A stretch of 64,000 nt of DNA from Desulfobacterales bacterium (GCA_963674755.2 CAXXVS010000002.1:2368001-2432000); one strand, 5' to 3'; shown: positions 46,238 to 56,550, counted from the stretch's first letter. Numbers and translations are program-made. The notes: generated by a model not told the origin, from the letters alone.

Positions 46238-48916
46238 ATGGAAACCGGCCAAAAGCTTTACCTGATTGACGGCAGCGCCTATATCTATCGCGCCTATCAC
46301 GCCATCCAAAGCCTTTCCAATGCCCAGGGATTCCCCACCAACGCCATTTTTGGTTTCACGCGCATGCTGCTCAAACTGGTCGAAGAGCGCTCCCCGGCCT
46401 ACATCGGCATGTTCTTCGACGCCAAGGGGCCCACCTTCCGACACGACATGTATGCCGACTACAAGGCCAACCGCCCGCCCATGCCCGAAGACATGGCCAT
46501 GCAGATCGCGCCCATCAAAGCGGTCACGGAGGCCTTCCGGATACCGGTCTTCGAGATGGCGGGTTATGAAGCCGATGACTTGATCGGCACCGTGGCCCGC
46601 CACGCCGAGGCGGCCGGCTTCGAGGTCGTCATGGTGACGGGGGACAAGGACTTCGTTCAGCTGCTGACGGACCGGGTCAGCATCTGGGATCCCATGAAGG
46701 ACAAAACCATCGCCGCCCAGGACGTGACCGCGGCCAATGGGGTCCGCCCCCGTCAGATGATCGATGTCATGGGATTGTCCGGCGACACGGCCGACAACAT
46801 CCCCGGCGTGCCGGGGATCGGCCCCAAAACCGCCCTGAAACTGATCCAGTCCTACGCCACCATCGAGGGCGTCTATGGCCATATCGAGGATATCAAGGGC
46901 ACCAAGCAACGCAGCAATCTGGTCGAATACAAAGACCAGGCCTTTTTGAGCCGGGATCTGGTCACGATCCACACGGATGCCCCCCTGTCTTTCGATCCCG
47001 AGGCGTTGCGCGCCACCGAGCCGGACGACGACAAGCTGGCCGAACTCTTCCAGACCTATGAATTCCGCCAACTCCAGCAACGCTACACCAAAGGGGCCGA
47101 TAGCCCCGCCAAGACCTATCACGGCATCCTGGACCGGAAAGCCCTCGCGGACCTGGTCGCACGCCTGGCCCAAGCCGACCTCATCGCCGTGGACACCGAG
47201 ACCACCTCCCAGGACCCCATGCGGGCGGATCTCGTGGGCCTCTCGTTTGCGCTGACCGCCAACGAGGCCTGGTACATTCCCTGCGGCCACCACTATCTGG
47301 GCGCTCCGGACCAGATCCCCTGCGCGGAGGTTCTCGAAACCCTGAAGCCGATCCTGGAAAATCCCGCCATCGGGAAAATCGGCCAGAACATCAAATACGA
47401 CTGGATTGTTCTGGACCGGCACGGCATCGACCTCCAGGGGGTGCGTTTCGACACCATGGTGGCGTCCTATCTGCTCAACCCTTCCAAGCGCTCCCACAGC
47501 CTGGACCAGATCGCCATGGATTTTTTGGGGCACAAGACCATCACCTATGCCGAAGTGGTGGGCAAGGGCAGCAAGAAAGCCGGCTTCGAAGCCGTCCCGG
47601 TGGAGCAGGCCGTTCCCTATGCCGCCGAAGACGCCGACATCACCCTGATGGCCTGGGATGCGCTGCGCCCCCGGCTGGAAACCCTGGACCTGATGGCGCT
47701 CTTCGACACCATCGAAATGCCGTTGATCCCGGTGCTGATGCGCATGGAAATGACCGGCATCGCGGTGGATACCCCGCGTCTGCGGGATCTTTCGAAGCTC
47801 TTCCAGGACCAGCTGGAAGACCTCGAAGACCGTATCCAGGCAATGGCCGGCGAGCCCTTCAACATCAAATCCTCCCAGCAATTGGGCCACATCCTGTTCG
47901 AGAAGCTGGGTCTGCCGGTGCAGAAAAAAACCAAGAAAAAGACCGGCTATTCCACGGACGTGGACGTGCTGACCACCCTGGCCGAACAGCACGAACTGCC
48001 GGCCCTGGTCCTGCGCCACCGGGCCCTGGCCAAACTCAAGTCCACCTACGTGGATGCCCTCATGGACATGGTGCACCCCGCCACCCATCGCATCCACACG
48101 TCCTATAACCAGACCGTCACGGCCACCGGCCGCCTGAGCAGCTCGGATCCCAACCTGCAGAACATTCCCATCCGCACGGCCGAGGGCCGGGAAATCCGCA
48201 AGGCCTTCATTCCCCGTAAGGGGTGGAAGCTGCTGGCGGCGGACTACTCCCAGGTGGAGCTGCGCATCCTGGCCCACTATGCCCAGGACCCCATCCTGAT
48301 CGAGGCCTTTGCCCGGGATGAGGATATCCATACTCGCACGGCCTGCGAAGTGTTCGAAACCTCTGAAGAATTGGTGGACAACGAGCTGCGGCGCCATGCC
48401 AAGGTGATCAATTTCGGCATTATCTACGGCATGGGTCCCTACAGCCTCTCCCGGGACCTGGGCATCAGCCAGGCCATGGCCAAGACCTATATCGATAATT
48501 ATTTCAATCACTACACCGGCGTTAAGACCTTTATCGACCAGACCATCGAGACCGCCCGCCGCACCAAACAGACCAGCACCCTGATGGGGCGCATCCGCCT
48601 GCTGCCCGACATCGACAGCCGCAATGTCAACGTTCGCCAGTTTGCCGAACGAACGGCGGTCAACACCCCGATCCAGGGGACGGCGGCGGATCTCATCAAA
48701 CTGGCCATGATCGCGGTGGACCGGAAGTTACGCGAGACGCCTTTCCAATCGGCCATGCTTCTCTCCGTGCACGACGAAATCGTCCTCGAAGTGCCGCCTG
48801 AGGAGATCAAGGCGGTCAGCGCCATGGTCAAGGACACCATGGAAGGCATCTGGGAGCTGGCCGTGCCGCTCAAGGTCAATCTGGCGGTAGGAGACAATTG
48901 GAACGAGGCCCATTAG
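46238..48916 (+). CDS. polA: DNA polymerase I
   Basis: LIDGSAYIYRAYHA, DTET exonuclease motif, TGRLSSSDPNLQNIP, DYSQVELR, KVINFGIIYG, IQGTAAD, VHDE. Confidence 0.97.
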   Translation: METGQKLYLIDGSAYIYRAYHAIQSLSNAQGFPTNAIFGFTRMLLKLVEERSPAYIGMFFDAKGPTFRHDMYADYKANRPPMPEDMAMQIAPIKAVTEAFRIPVFEMAGYEADDLIGTVARHAEAAGFEVVMVTGDKDFVQLLTDRVSIWDPMKDKTIAAQDVTAANGVRPRQMIDVMGLSGDTADNIPGVPGIGPKTALKLIQSYATIEGVYGHIEDIKGTKQRSNLVEYKDQAFLSRDLVTIHTDAPLSFDPEALRATEPDDDKLAELFQTYEFRQLQQRYTKGADSPAKTYHGILDRKALADLVARLAQADLIAVDTETTSQDPMRADLVGLSFALTANEAWYIPCGHHYLGAPDQIPCAEVLETLKPILENPAIGKIGQNIKYDWIVLDRHGIDLQGVRFDTMVASYLLNPSKRSHSLDQIAMDFLGHKTITYAEVVGKGSKKAGFEAVPVEQAVPYAAEDADITLMAWDALRPRLETLDLMALFDTIEMPLIPVLMRMEMTGIAVDTPRLRDLSKLFQDQLEDLEDRIQAMAGEPFNIKSSQQLGHILFEKLGLPVQKKTKKKTGYSTDVDVLTTLAEQHELPALVLRHRALAKLKSTYVDALMDMVHPATHRIHTSYNQTVTATGRLSSSDPNLQNIPIRTAEGREIRKAFIPRKGWKLLAADYSQVELRILAHYAQDPILIEAFARDEDIHTRTACEVFETSEELVDNELRRHAKVINFGIIYGMGPYSLSRDLGISQAMAKTYIDNYFNHYTGVKTFIDQTIETARRTKQTSTLMGRIRLLPDIDSRNVNVRQFAERTAVNTPIQGTAADLIKLAMIAVDRKLRETPFQSAMLLSVHDEIVLEVPPEEIKAVSAMVKDTMEGIWELAVPLKVNLAVGDNWNEAH

Positions 48917-49099
48917 TGTCAGATCCGGAGATGGCATCTTTCGGCCCCGGCCCGCCGCCGGTGAACAAAACCACCTTTGGCGGACAGGCCGGCGTTCTCG
49001 CTCTTTGAAAATCCTCGACGTAGCCCGGCTACGCCTGCGGTTTCCAAAGAACTACGGCCTTGGCCGGAACCAAAATCTACCACCTCCGGATCTGACACT
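48915..49099. repeat. Palindromic MITE-like element (family A, reverse orientation)
   Basis: Terminal inverted repeats AGTGTCAGATCCGGAGATGG / CCACCTCCGGATCTGACACT (19/20); overlaps the polA TAG stop. Confidence 0.8.
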
Positions 49100-49282
49100 T
49101 ATTACGTCCGGCAAAGGTTTAGCCATCGGTTGAAGCGGATTCTCATACGTCAGCATGCAATCCGACTTTGGACAACCGGGATAGAAAAAACCTTTCCATT
49201 CGACACCGTTGTCAGCGCAAAAAGTTCCGCATAGACACGACCTGCATTTACAAATCGATAATTGGAGATTACCGTTACGCCC

Positions 49283-50152
49283 ATGAATGATTCCCGCAAC
49301 AACGCCCTGCTGTGCCCGGGATGCCGCAAACTGATCAGCCGGGATGTACCGGCCTGTCCCTATTGCGGCATGGCCCATCCCGGGTCGGCCTGGAAAGCCA
49401 ACTGGTGGACCCTGAAGCTGCATTCCCCCGAGGGGCTGATCAAGGCCATCATCTATGCCAACGTGGCCTTCTACGTCCTGTCCCTGCTGCTCAACCCCCG
49501 GGGCTTCAGCTTTTCGATGAACCCCTTCAATTTCCTCTCCCCGGCCAGCAACACCCTCTTCCTTCTGGGCGCCACGGGCCGCTACCCCATTGACCAAATC
49601 TGGCCCAGCCTCACCGGTCTTCCGGGCATCGGCTGGCTGACCCTGCTGACCGCCAATTTCCTGCACGGCAGTCTGCTGCACATCCTCTTCAACATGATCG
49701 TGCTGTATCAGCTCGGTCCGCTGACCATCCGTGAATTCGGGACCTACCGGATGCTGATCATCTACCTGCTAAGCGGCGTCGGGGGCTTTTTCCTGTCCTA
49801 TCTGGCCGGGGTGCCCTTCACCATCGGGGCCTCGGCGGCCATATGCGGGCTGATCGGCGCCTTGATCTATTTCGGCAAGTCGCGGGGCGGGGTGTATGGT
49901 AATATGGTCTATCGCCAGATCGGGGGGTGGGCCATCGGACTGATTTTCATCGGCTTCCTGCCCGGCATCAACAACTGGGGGCATGCAGGAGGATTCCTGA
50001 CGGGTTTAGGGCTGGCCTTTCTGCTGGGCTACCAGGATCGCCGCCCGGAAACCTTCGCCCACAAGGCGATTGCGGGCATCGGCACCCTGGCCACCACGGC
50101 GGTGCTGGTTACAACGGCGGGATTTGCGGTTTACTATACGATTGCCGGATAG
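49283..50152 (+). CDS. Rhomboid intramembrane serine protease with N-terminal Zn-ribbon
   Basis: CPGC..CPYC, FLHGSLLHILFNM, GASAA (catalytic Ser), GHAGG (catalytic His). Confidence 0.92.
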   Translation: MNDSRNNALLCPGCRKLISRDVPACPYCGMAHPGSAWKANWWTLKLHSPEGLIKAIIYANVAFYVLSLLLNPRGFSFSMNPFNFLSPASNTLFLLGATGRYPIDQIWPSLTGLPGIGWLTLLTANFLHGSLLHILFNMIVLYQLGPLTIREFGTYRMLIIYLLSGVGGFFLSYLAGVPFTIGASAAICGLIGALIYFGKSRGGVYGNMVYRQIGGWAIGLIFIGFLPGINNWGHAGGFLTGLGLAFLLGYQDRRPETFAHKAIAGIGTLATTAVLVTTAGFAVYYTIAG

Positions 50153-50245
50153 AGATCCGTTAAGCTTTTCTGAACTTGATGGCGCAATTTGCGATTTCAA
50201 GCGCTCAAACGCCTGCTTTTAATTGAAGGGGTGAAAGCGGGCTGT

Positions 50246-50626
50246 TCATTTTTTCGATTGTTCTTGCTTTAGTCTTTCACTCATTCCCGGACGTTCATAG
50301 CCATATACTTCTTTAGACCAAGTTGCTGACCAATTTGCGAGTGGAACAATAAAAGAACGCAACTCTTTCCCTCTTTCCGTTAAAACGTAACCATCAAGAC
50401 TCCTTGCAACAATTTCTGCATTACGTAAGTCCTTTAGTCGGCTATTAAGGACAGAGGGAGATACCCCCCCACAGCGATTCTGGAGTTCTCTAAATGTGCT
50501 TGAGCTATCCCCGAGGTACCAGAGAATGCCCAACGCCCAACGCTGTCCTAAGAGGTCAAAGAGAGCGTTGAGCGGTGAGCCGGAACTTGAGCCTCTAACC
50601 TTTTTACCTGGCTGTGATAAAGACAT
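50246..50626 (-). CDS. HxlR-family winged-helix regulator
   Basis: LFDLLGQRWALGILW, TFRELQ...VSPSVLNSRLKDL, YVLTERGKEL. Confidence 0.85.
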   Translation of the reverse strand: MSLSQPGKKVRGSSSGSPLNALFDLLGQRWALGILWYLGDSSSTFRELQNRCGGVSPSVLNSRLKDLRNAEIVARSLDGYVLTERGKELRSFIVPLANWSATWSKEVYGYERPGMSERLKQEQSKK

Positions 50627-50627
50627 T

Positions 50628-50828
50628 TTAAAGAGATGCCCCGGCAATAATTTCAGCGCGTGTTTTGCCTGCAAGGCCGATAGACTCATTTTGGTATTCG
50701 TCAATAAAAACGACATATTTGTCTGCAGGAACTTTCGTTATTTTCACTGCAGTTTCAGTTAGCTCTCTGACTAAACGAGTTTTTTGCTCTTGGTCAATTG
50801 GATGAATAGCGACAGTAATAACCGGCAT
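50628..50828 (-). CDS. 4-oxalocrotonate tautomerase family protein
   Basis: 66 aa with catalytic Pro-1 (MPVITV), QKTRLVRELT, V.FIDE..IGLAG; RBS AAGGAG. Confidence 0.85.
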   Translation of the reverse strand: MPVITVAIHPIDQEQKTRLVRELTETAVKITKVPADKYVVFIDEYQNESIGLAGKTRAEIIAGASL

Positions 50829-51139
50829 GATGGTCTCCTTTGATTAATTTAAACGCTACTGTTTTGATAGCATGATACGAAAACAATAGCAAGGAGATTT
50901 TGGGTTCCCATTTTCTCATGTAAAAATCACGACCTACTTCTTCTCCAATTGTCGCAGTGTTTCTTCAAGGACAGGAAGTCGCTGTTTATCCTTAGGATCT
51001 TTGGATTTTCTTTTAAGCGAAATCAAAATTCTGAATTATTCTTGGCTTTAAGGTTCTTGTCCATTATTGATGCACTCCAACGCCAAGCTCAGTCGACGGG
51101 GCCCAATTGCCCAGTAGGTTGAAAAAGATAAATCTACCC

Positions 51140-51436
51140 TTAGTAATGATAGCGCGCTTGGACAAAATCGACTTTTTCATGTCTGACAACATAAATTAGT
51201 CGATGTTCCTGGGTAATCCGACGAGACCATACACCTGAACCAAGAAATTTTAAGGGTTCAGGTTTACCGATCCCCTGGAAGGGATCTCGGATGATTGCCT
51301 CTATTAACTGAAATATGCGAAGCGCTGTTTTACGATCTGTTTCCACCCAGTATTTAAGGTCTTCCCTAAATTCAGGCTGGAATACAGATTCCCGTTGTAT
51401 TTTCGTTTTCGTCTTTTTCGTTGAGCGCTTACTCAA
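51140..51436 (-). CDS. yoeB: Txe/YoeB family toxin
   Basis: DLKYW, DPFQGIGKPEPLK, WSRRITQEHRLIY, ARYHY. Confidence 0.92.
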   Translation of the reverse strand: MSKRSTKKTKTKIQRESVFQPEFREDLKYWVETDRKTALRIFQLIEAIIRDPFQGIGKPEPLKFLGSGVWSRRITQEHRLIYVVRHEKVDFVQARYHY

Positions 51437-51707
51437 AACCGACCTCGTTGCGAAGTTCATCGATCGTTTGAGGAGCACCCGATGACGTCTTTACCCGATC
51501 CAGAGCAGCAAGAAGCCGCTTGGCATTATTAGGCGAGCGCAGCAGATGGGCGGTTTCGAGAATACCGGCCAACTCATCGGCGGCGATCATGGCGACGTCC
51601 TCACTCCCACGCCGCTGGATGATAACAACTTCACGATTCTTCGTTACCTCATCCAACAACGAAGCCAGCTTTGCCCGTGCATCGGTATATGATGTTTGAA
51701 TTGCCAT
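51429..51707 (-). CDS. yefM: Phd/YefM family antitoxin
   Basis: SYTDARAKLASLLDEV, ETAHLLRSPNNAKRL. Confidence 0.92.
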   Translation of the reverse strand: MAIQTSYTDARAKLASLLDEVTKNREVVIIQRRGSEDVAMIAADELAGILETAHLLRSPNNAKRLLAALDRVKTSSGAPQTIDELRNEVGFE

Positions 51708-51723
51708 ATTCGCCTCCCCATTA

Positions 51724-51746
51724 TATGTACAGTTATGCTGTACATA
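51724..51746. promoter_or_regulatory. YefM-type operator
   Basis: TATGTACAG-ttatg-CTGTACATA, two TGTACA hexamers just upstream of yefM. Confidence 0.75.
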
Positions 51747-51886
51747 CTATCGCACAATTTGTCAATCTTATGGATTGTTTTAGAGACGGCCTGCCAAAGT
51801 GAAGATGTGAAGTGGAGTGGTGTTTGCCGCCCCACACCAGCTAGGACAACCGGGTGCGACCCGTTGTGACTTATTATGGAAGGGCC

Positions 51887-51971
51887 CTATTCGATATGGG
51901 CTTTAGCGGTCTGCAGCGCAAGGTCCTTATCCCTTGTAAACAGCCGCCACTTCATTTGCGATGAATGGATT
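51887..51971 (-). pseudogene. 3' fragment of the 101-aa hypothetical gene
   Basis: 85 bp matching 56748-56832 with 7 mismatches by manual alignment. Confidence 0.8.
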
Positions 51972-53252
51972 ACCACTCAATTGCCGGATGGAGATCCATT
52001 AAAGCTTTTTTCGTTTCGGATCTCCTCTTGGTGAAGGAGCGGTTACAGCTCAGCGTGTTGGTTGCTTTGGATCTCGTCAATGCGTCGATCCGGGACTCCA
52101 GCCTCGCCAGCAAAATAGGGCCAACGGCGCACAGTTTCGATGATACGGTCCAGCATCTGACTTGCGCGTGCCTTTTTGATGCCAGCCGTACTGGCTAGCG
52201 CAAGCAGGTCCGCACGCTCGAACCCTTCTCTTTTTCCGTTGATACTCATTTGGTGTCTGCTCGTCCATTCGCCCGTGGGATTCCATGCGTACAAAACGTC
52301 GAAGGCCGGTGAGAGGGACCATTCTCCCCGCCGGTCCATGAGGAATGCGATGTTCTTGACGTGATCATCACAGTTGCGACCCACTACATTGAAGAATGCC
52401 CGCAGCACTTGCTGCTGCATGTCCTTCCGGGATAGGCCCAAGCGCTGAATGACTTGGATGGCTTGTTCGTAGGAATAACTTGCGGGCTGCCTGTAATCGA
52501 AATGGGCCATAGCCCCGAGGGATTGCATATGAAGCTTTCCGCCCTGCTCTGTTCGATCGAACCGCTTTGTCATGAAATGGCTTCGGCCACCTTCTTGATG
52601 AAGGCGACAGGGCGTCATTTCTATGCCGGCTTCGCGGGCCATCAAGTGGTAGGCGTATTCGATCCTGCCGTAGCCCATCGGGCTTGTTATCTCGGCATCT
52701 CTGGTGCTGGAAACGCCGTCGAATTTCATAATCCAATGTTCGAAACCTTGCTCCGCACCAACTTGGCCCGAACGGAATTCGTTCGTTTCCGGATTCCAGG
52801 CCAAAATAGCCTTCGCCCTTGCACCGCCGGCGGAGGTCCCGACGCGCAAAATGTCGTTGATTGCTTCACGATCGTCATCGCCGGAGAACACACCCCCCAG
52901 GCTGGCACGGTCGTTGAGAATCCGGTTGGCGAGGTCGACCAGGTTTGCAACCTCGACTGCGCGTTTGCTGCCCGGTGGGCCGAAAATAGCGGGCTCGAAC
53001 TCGAGCGCCCCCATCCCCCTGCTTCCGATATAACAAAGCCGTTCCACGGGGTGAAAGCTTGTGGCGGTGCGCCCCTGAGATGCAAGCCAGGCGTCGATAA
53101 TAGCATTACCGTATTTGTCTGGCAGGGCGTCGGCGAGCAGACCGGGCAGTCCCTTGAATGTGTTCCGCGCAAGCGCCGGGAATTCATAGGGGAACTCGGC
53201 AAGCGGCATCGCGATGGGGGCCAATTCAATACCGCTTCGCAGGAAATGTTAA

Positions 53253-53402
53253 TGGTCACTGCTATAGAGCCATTCCATGAGCACCCTAATGGGGCCACCC
53301 TGTGATCACCCTAATGAGGCCACTTTGTGAGCACCCTAATGGAGCCACTTGATGATCACCCTAATGAGGCCAGTTGGTGATCACCGTAATGAGGCCACCT
53401 GC
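53253..53402 (+). repeat. IS21 left-end tandem repeats (25-bp period)
   Basis: TGA(T/G)CACCCTAATG(A/G)GGCCAC at 53278, 53303, 53328, 53353 and 53378, plus a degenerate unit at 53253; two inverted copies at 55895-55938. Confidence 0.9.
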
Positions 53403-53502
53403 CGCAGGGAAAAACGCGTATAAAACCAAAAAGCATCTCGGACCTTACATCCACAATCTGGTAAGTCTTTCCGGCAAACCACCAGCCGCCGGGAGGAATG
53501 CC

Positions 53503-55053
53503 ATGGCCAACAGGAGAATCGAGATGCATCAGTACCGACAAGTCATCCACCGTATGCGCCTTGGACAAAGCGACCGCGCCATCGCGAAAAGCCAACTGAT
53601 CGGACGGACCAAATGCGCCGCCGTGCGGGAGGTCGCTGGGCAAAAGGGCTGGCTCAATAGCGGCCCGCTGCCCGACGACGAACAACTCGCCAAGATCTTC
53701 GAGGTTAAAAGATCCCCCGGCCAAAACCAAGCCCCGTTGACCCAGCCGCATGCGGATCAGATCAAGCAATGGGTCGCAGAGGGCATTCAAGCCACGACGA
53801 TCTATGAGGCCTTGGTCGGGCAGTTCGGATTTTCCGGCAGTTATTCCTCTGTCCGGCGCCAGGTAAGAAAGCTGCGCCACGCGAGCCCCAAAGCCTCTTG
53901 CGTTCTGGACTTTGCCCCAGGCGAAGCAGCCCAGGTTGACTTCGGCAAAGGGCCCACGATCAAGGACGTGTTTACCGGCGCGGTGATCAAGACCTGGATC
54001 TTTGTGATGACGCTGTGCTTCAGCCGCCACATGTATGCCGAGATCGTCACCGACCAGAAAGTTGCAACCTGGCTGGCCTGCCATCGGCGCGCATTCGCGT
54101 TTTTCAATGGCGTGGCGGCCAAAATGATCATCGACAATCCCAAGTGCGCCATCACCCGGGCCTGCTACACCGATCCGGACGTTCAGCGCTCCTACGGCGA
54201 GCTGGCCGAAGGATACGGCTTTCTCATTTCGCCGTGTCCCGTCCGGGACCCGCAGAAAAAGGGCCGGGTCGAGTCCGGTGTCAAATATGTCAAAAACAAC
54301 TTCGTGCCGCTTCGTACCTTCCGAACCCTGGCCGACGCCAACGAGCAGCTTGTCCGCTGGCTGCTGGAAAGGGCCGGCAACCGCATCCACGGCACAACCC
54401 ACCGAAGGCCGCTGGAGATGTTTGCGGAGACCGAAAAACACTTTTTAAAGCCGCTGCCAGATGTTCCCGTGGAACTCGCCGTCTGGACCCGGGTCAAGGT
54501 GCACGGCAATTGCCATGTGCAGTTTGAAAAGGCCTACTACTCGGCGCCCTTCCGCTTGGTGCACCAGGAGCTGATGCTAAAAGCCACCGACACGACCGTA
54601 AAACTCTACCAGGACGTGAAGCTCGTGGCCACCCACCCGCGGCTCAAGCGCGCCGGCCAGCGCTCGACGGTCGACGGCCACATGCCGCCGGAAGCCCTGG
54701 CCTACAAGATGCAGGACCCACAGTGGTGTCTGAAGCAGGCCGAAGCCGTCGGCCCGGATTGTCATCGGCTCGTCCGCCGGCTGTTTGCCCACAAAGTGCT
54801 CGACAATCTGCGCGCGGCCCAGGGCGTAATCGGCTTGAGCAAAAAGTACGGCACGGCCCGCCTGGAAGCCGCCTGCCGCCGGGCGCTTCACTTCGACAAC
54901 GTCAAATACCGTACGGTAAAAAGCATCCTGCATCAGGGCCTTGACCAGGCGCCGCTCTACGAGCAGCCCAACGTGATCCCGCTAGCTGCGGCGTACACCG
55001 GCAACGGCCGTTTTCTTCGCCACCAGGTGTACCGGGAAAGGAGGCCGTCATGA
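53503..55053 (+). CDS. istA: IS21 transposase
   Basis: PGEAAQVDFG, FSRH, IDNPK, PQKKGRVE, HGTT, YSAP. Confidence 0.95.
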   Translation: MANRRIEMHQYRQVIHRMRLGQSDRAIAKSQLIGRTKCAAVREVAGQKGWLNSGPLPDDEQLAKIFEVKRSPGQNQAPLTQPHADQIKQWVAEGIQATTIYEALVGQFGFSGSYSSVRRQVRKLRHASPKASCVLDFAPGEAAQVDFGKGPTIKDVFTGAVIKTWIFVMTLCFSRHMYAEIVTDQKVATWLACHRRAFAFFNGVAAKMIIDNPKCAITRACYTDPDVQRSYGELAEGYGFLISPCPVRDPQKKGRVESGVKYVKNNFVPLRTFRTLADANEQLVRWLLERAGNRIHGTTHRRPLEMFAETEKHFLKPLPDVPVELAVWTRVKVHGNCHVQFEKAYYSAPFRLVHQELMLKATDTTVKLYQDVKLVATHPRLKRAGQRSTVDGHMPPEALAYKMQDPQWCLKQAEAVGPDCHRLVRRLFAHKVLDNLRAAQGVIGLSKKYGTARLEAACRRALHFDNVKYRTVKSILHQGLDQAPLYEQPNVIPLAAAYTGNGRFLRHQVYRERRPS

Positions 55054-55853
55054 ATCCGATACCCGATCTGACGCCCATGCTAAAGCAGCTTCGCCTGTCG
55101 GGAATCCTGGACTCCATCGAGTCGCGCAACCGGCAGGCCATCGAAAACAAGATGTCCTACATGGACTTTCTGGCCACCATCATCACCGACGAAATCGCCC
55201 GTCGCAACCAGAAGAAATTAGCCTCCGCCCTGCGGCGGGCCAACTTCCGTAACCAGAAAACCCTGGAAGAGTTTGACTTCGCCTACAATCCCAACATCAA
55301 TCGCGCCCTGGTCATGGAGCTGGCCTCGTGCCGGTTCATGGCCGAGCGGGTCTGTGTGTTCATCATCGGCCCGTGCGGAACGGGAAAAAGCCATCTGGCG
55401 CAGGCCCTCGGCCACAGCGCCATTCGAAACGGGCACAGCGTGCTCTTTACTTCCGCATCCAAGATGCTCTCCCAGCTAAACGCCGCCCGGGCAACCAACG
55501 GCTACGATCGGCATTTTGCAAAGATCGCCGGCGTCGATCTCCTGATCATTGACGACTTCGGCCTTAAACCCCTCAAACCCGCTCAGGACGAGGACTTCCA
55601 CGATGTCATCTCAGAGCGCTACGAGCGCAAAAGCACCATCGTGACCTCGAACCTGGACATCCCGGAATGGACCGACGCCTTTCCAAACCGGATTTTGGGG
55701 GAAGCCACCGTCGACCGGCTGCGCCACGGTGCCTACACCGTCGTGCTGGAGGGCAAGAGCTATCGCTCCCCGCGACCGGTCTCCAAATCAGCTAAAAACA
55801 CATGTCAAAAAACGCCCAAAAACGGCGGTTCGAAAGGGGGTGAAAAACAATAG
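55050..55853 (+). CDS. istB: IS21 helper ATPase
   Basis: GPCGTGKSHLA, LLIIDDFG, STIVTSN, DRLRH, GKSYR; ATGA overlap with istA. Confidence 0.96.
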   Translation: MNPIPDLTPMLKQLRLSGILDSIESRNRQAIENKMSYMDFLATIITDEIARRNQKKLASALRRANFRNQKTLEEFDFAYNPNINRALVMELASCRFMAERVCVFIIGPCGTGKSHLAQALGHSAIRNGHSVLFTSASKMLSQLNAARATNGYDRHFAKIAGVDLLIIDDFGLKPLKPAQDEDFHDVISERYERKSTIVTSNLDIPEWTDAFPNRILGEATVDRLRHGAYTVVLEGKSYRSPRPVSKSAKNTCQKTPKNGGSKGGEKQ

Positions 55854-56036
55854 TTTGAAGCCGGTCCGAAAACCGCTTTTTGGTCGGTTTGAAATGGCCC
55901 CATTAAGGCGATCATAGGTGGCCTCATTAGGGTGATCATTGACAGGAAATCGGGTGAGTACTGGAAGACCCCGATCTCCCGATCCTCAAGCCAAGTGACG
56001 GCGCCAATCAGACTCCCCCAGAGCATGACGCGGGCG

Positions 56037-56408
56037 TCATTGTTCATGGTCGTCCTCTCCATCGCCCCACGACCACACAGGAGGCTCTTTACTTACAGAG
56101 ACAGGGCGTGCGCGCCTGCGCTCTCCCGTGCCAAGTCCGACCCGTTCGATCGGCCTCACGGCGGGGTCGGGCAACAAACTTTCGAGACCGTGCTGAATTT
56201 TCAGTGCAGTGAGGACACGAATGAATGTGTCCAGCGAAACCCCTTGTCCTTTCTCCAGCCTTCTTATGGTTCTATTCGAGACGCCGGCTTCCTCGGCGAG
56301 TTGCTGCTGCGTCATATTTCGGGAAAGCCTTATGCTCTGCAATCGCTTGCACAGGGCGGTCTCTATCTGATCACTTGTTGCTATCGCGAAATCGATGATA
56401 TAGGCCAT
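56037..56408 (-). CDS. XRE-family HTH protein, HipB-like antitoxin
   Basis: RLSRNMTQQQLAEEAGVSNRTIRRLEKG; overlaps the hipA start. Confidence 0.88.
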   Translation of the reverse strand: MAYIIDFAIATSDQIETALCKRLQSIRLSRNMTQQQLAEEAGVSNRTIRRLEKGQGVSLDTFIRVLTALKIQHGLESLLPDPAVRPIERVGLGTGERRRARPVSVSKEPPVWSWGDGEDDHEQ

Positions 56409-56550
56409 TTTTTGCCGCTTAAACTCCTTTTTTGGATTTTACCGACAATATTTTACCGATTGATCGGAAAAGCGCATCGAATCCATTAAGCGGCAATATA
56501 TTAGCTATTAATCGCTAAAATGTCAATTAACCGGTAACATTTTACCCTTT
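56398..56550. promoter_or_regulatory. Array of degenerate palindromic operators upstream of the XRE-hipA operon
   Basis: About four related units resembling TTAAnCGGCAATATnTTRCCGnTTAA near 56398, 56438, 56486 and 56527. Confidence 0.5.

Larger units (their letters stand above)
53247..55944 (+). mobile_element. IS21-family insertion sequence (2698 bp)
   Basis: TG...CA ends (TGTTAATGGTCAC / reverse complement TGTCAATGATCAC), 5-bp target duplication GGAAA at 53242-46 and 55945-49, istA-istB, multiple subterminal repeats. Confidence 0.95.
52043..56047 (-). pseudogene. hipA: HipA-family kinase toxin interrupted by IS21 (N-terminus 56047-55945, remainder 53246-52043)
   Basis: Removing the IS and one GGAAA copy gives MNNDARVMLWG...YSPDFLRSGIELAPIAMP in frame. 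Motifs DALPDKYG, SAGGARAKA, KRFDR, NCDDHVKN, LSPAFD. Confidence 0.9.

Noticed and set aside
51074..51120. Left half of an attC site next to yoeB #1
   Set aside because: CCAAC-GCCAAGCTCAG resembles an attC start, but no complementary right arm was found.
53253..53402. Possible CRISPR array
   Set aside because: Repeats are contiguous with no unique spacers, recur inverted at the other IS end, and no cas genes are present. These are IS21 terminal repeats.
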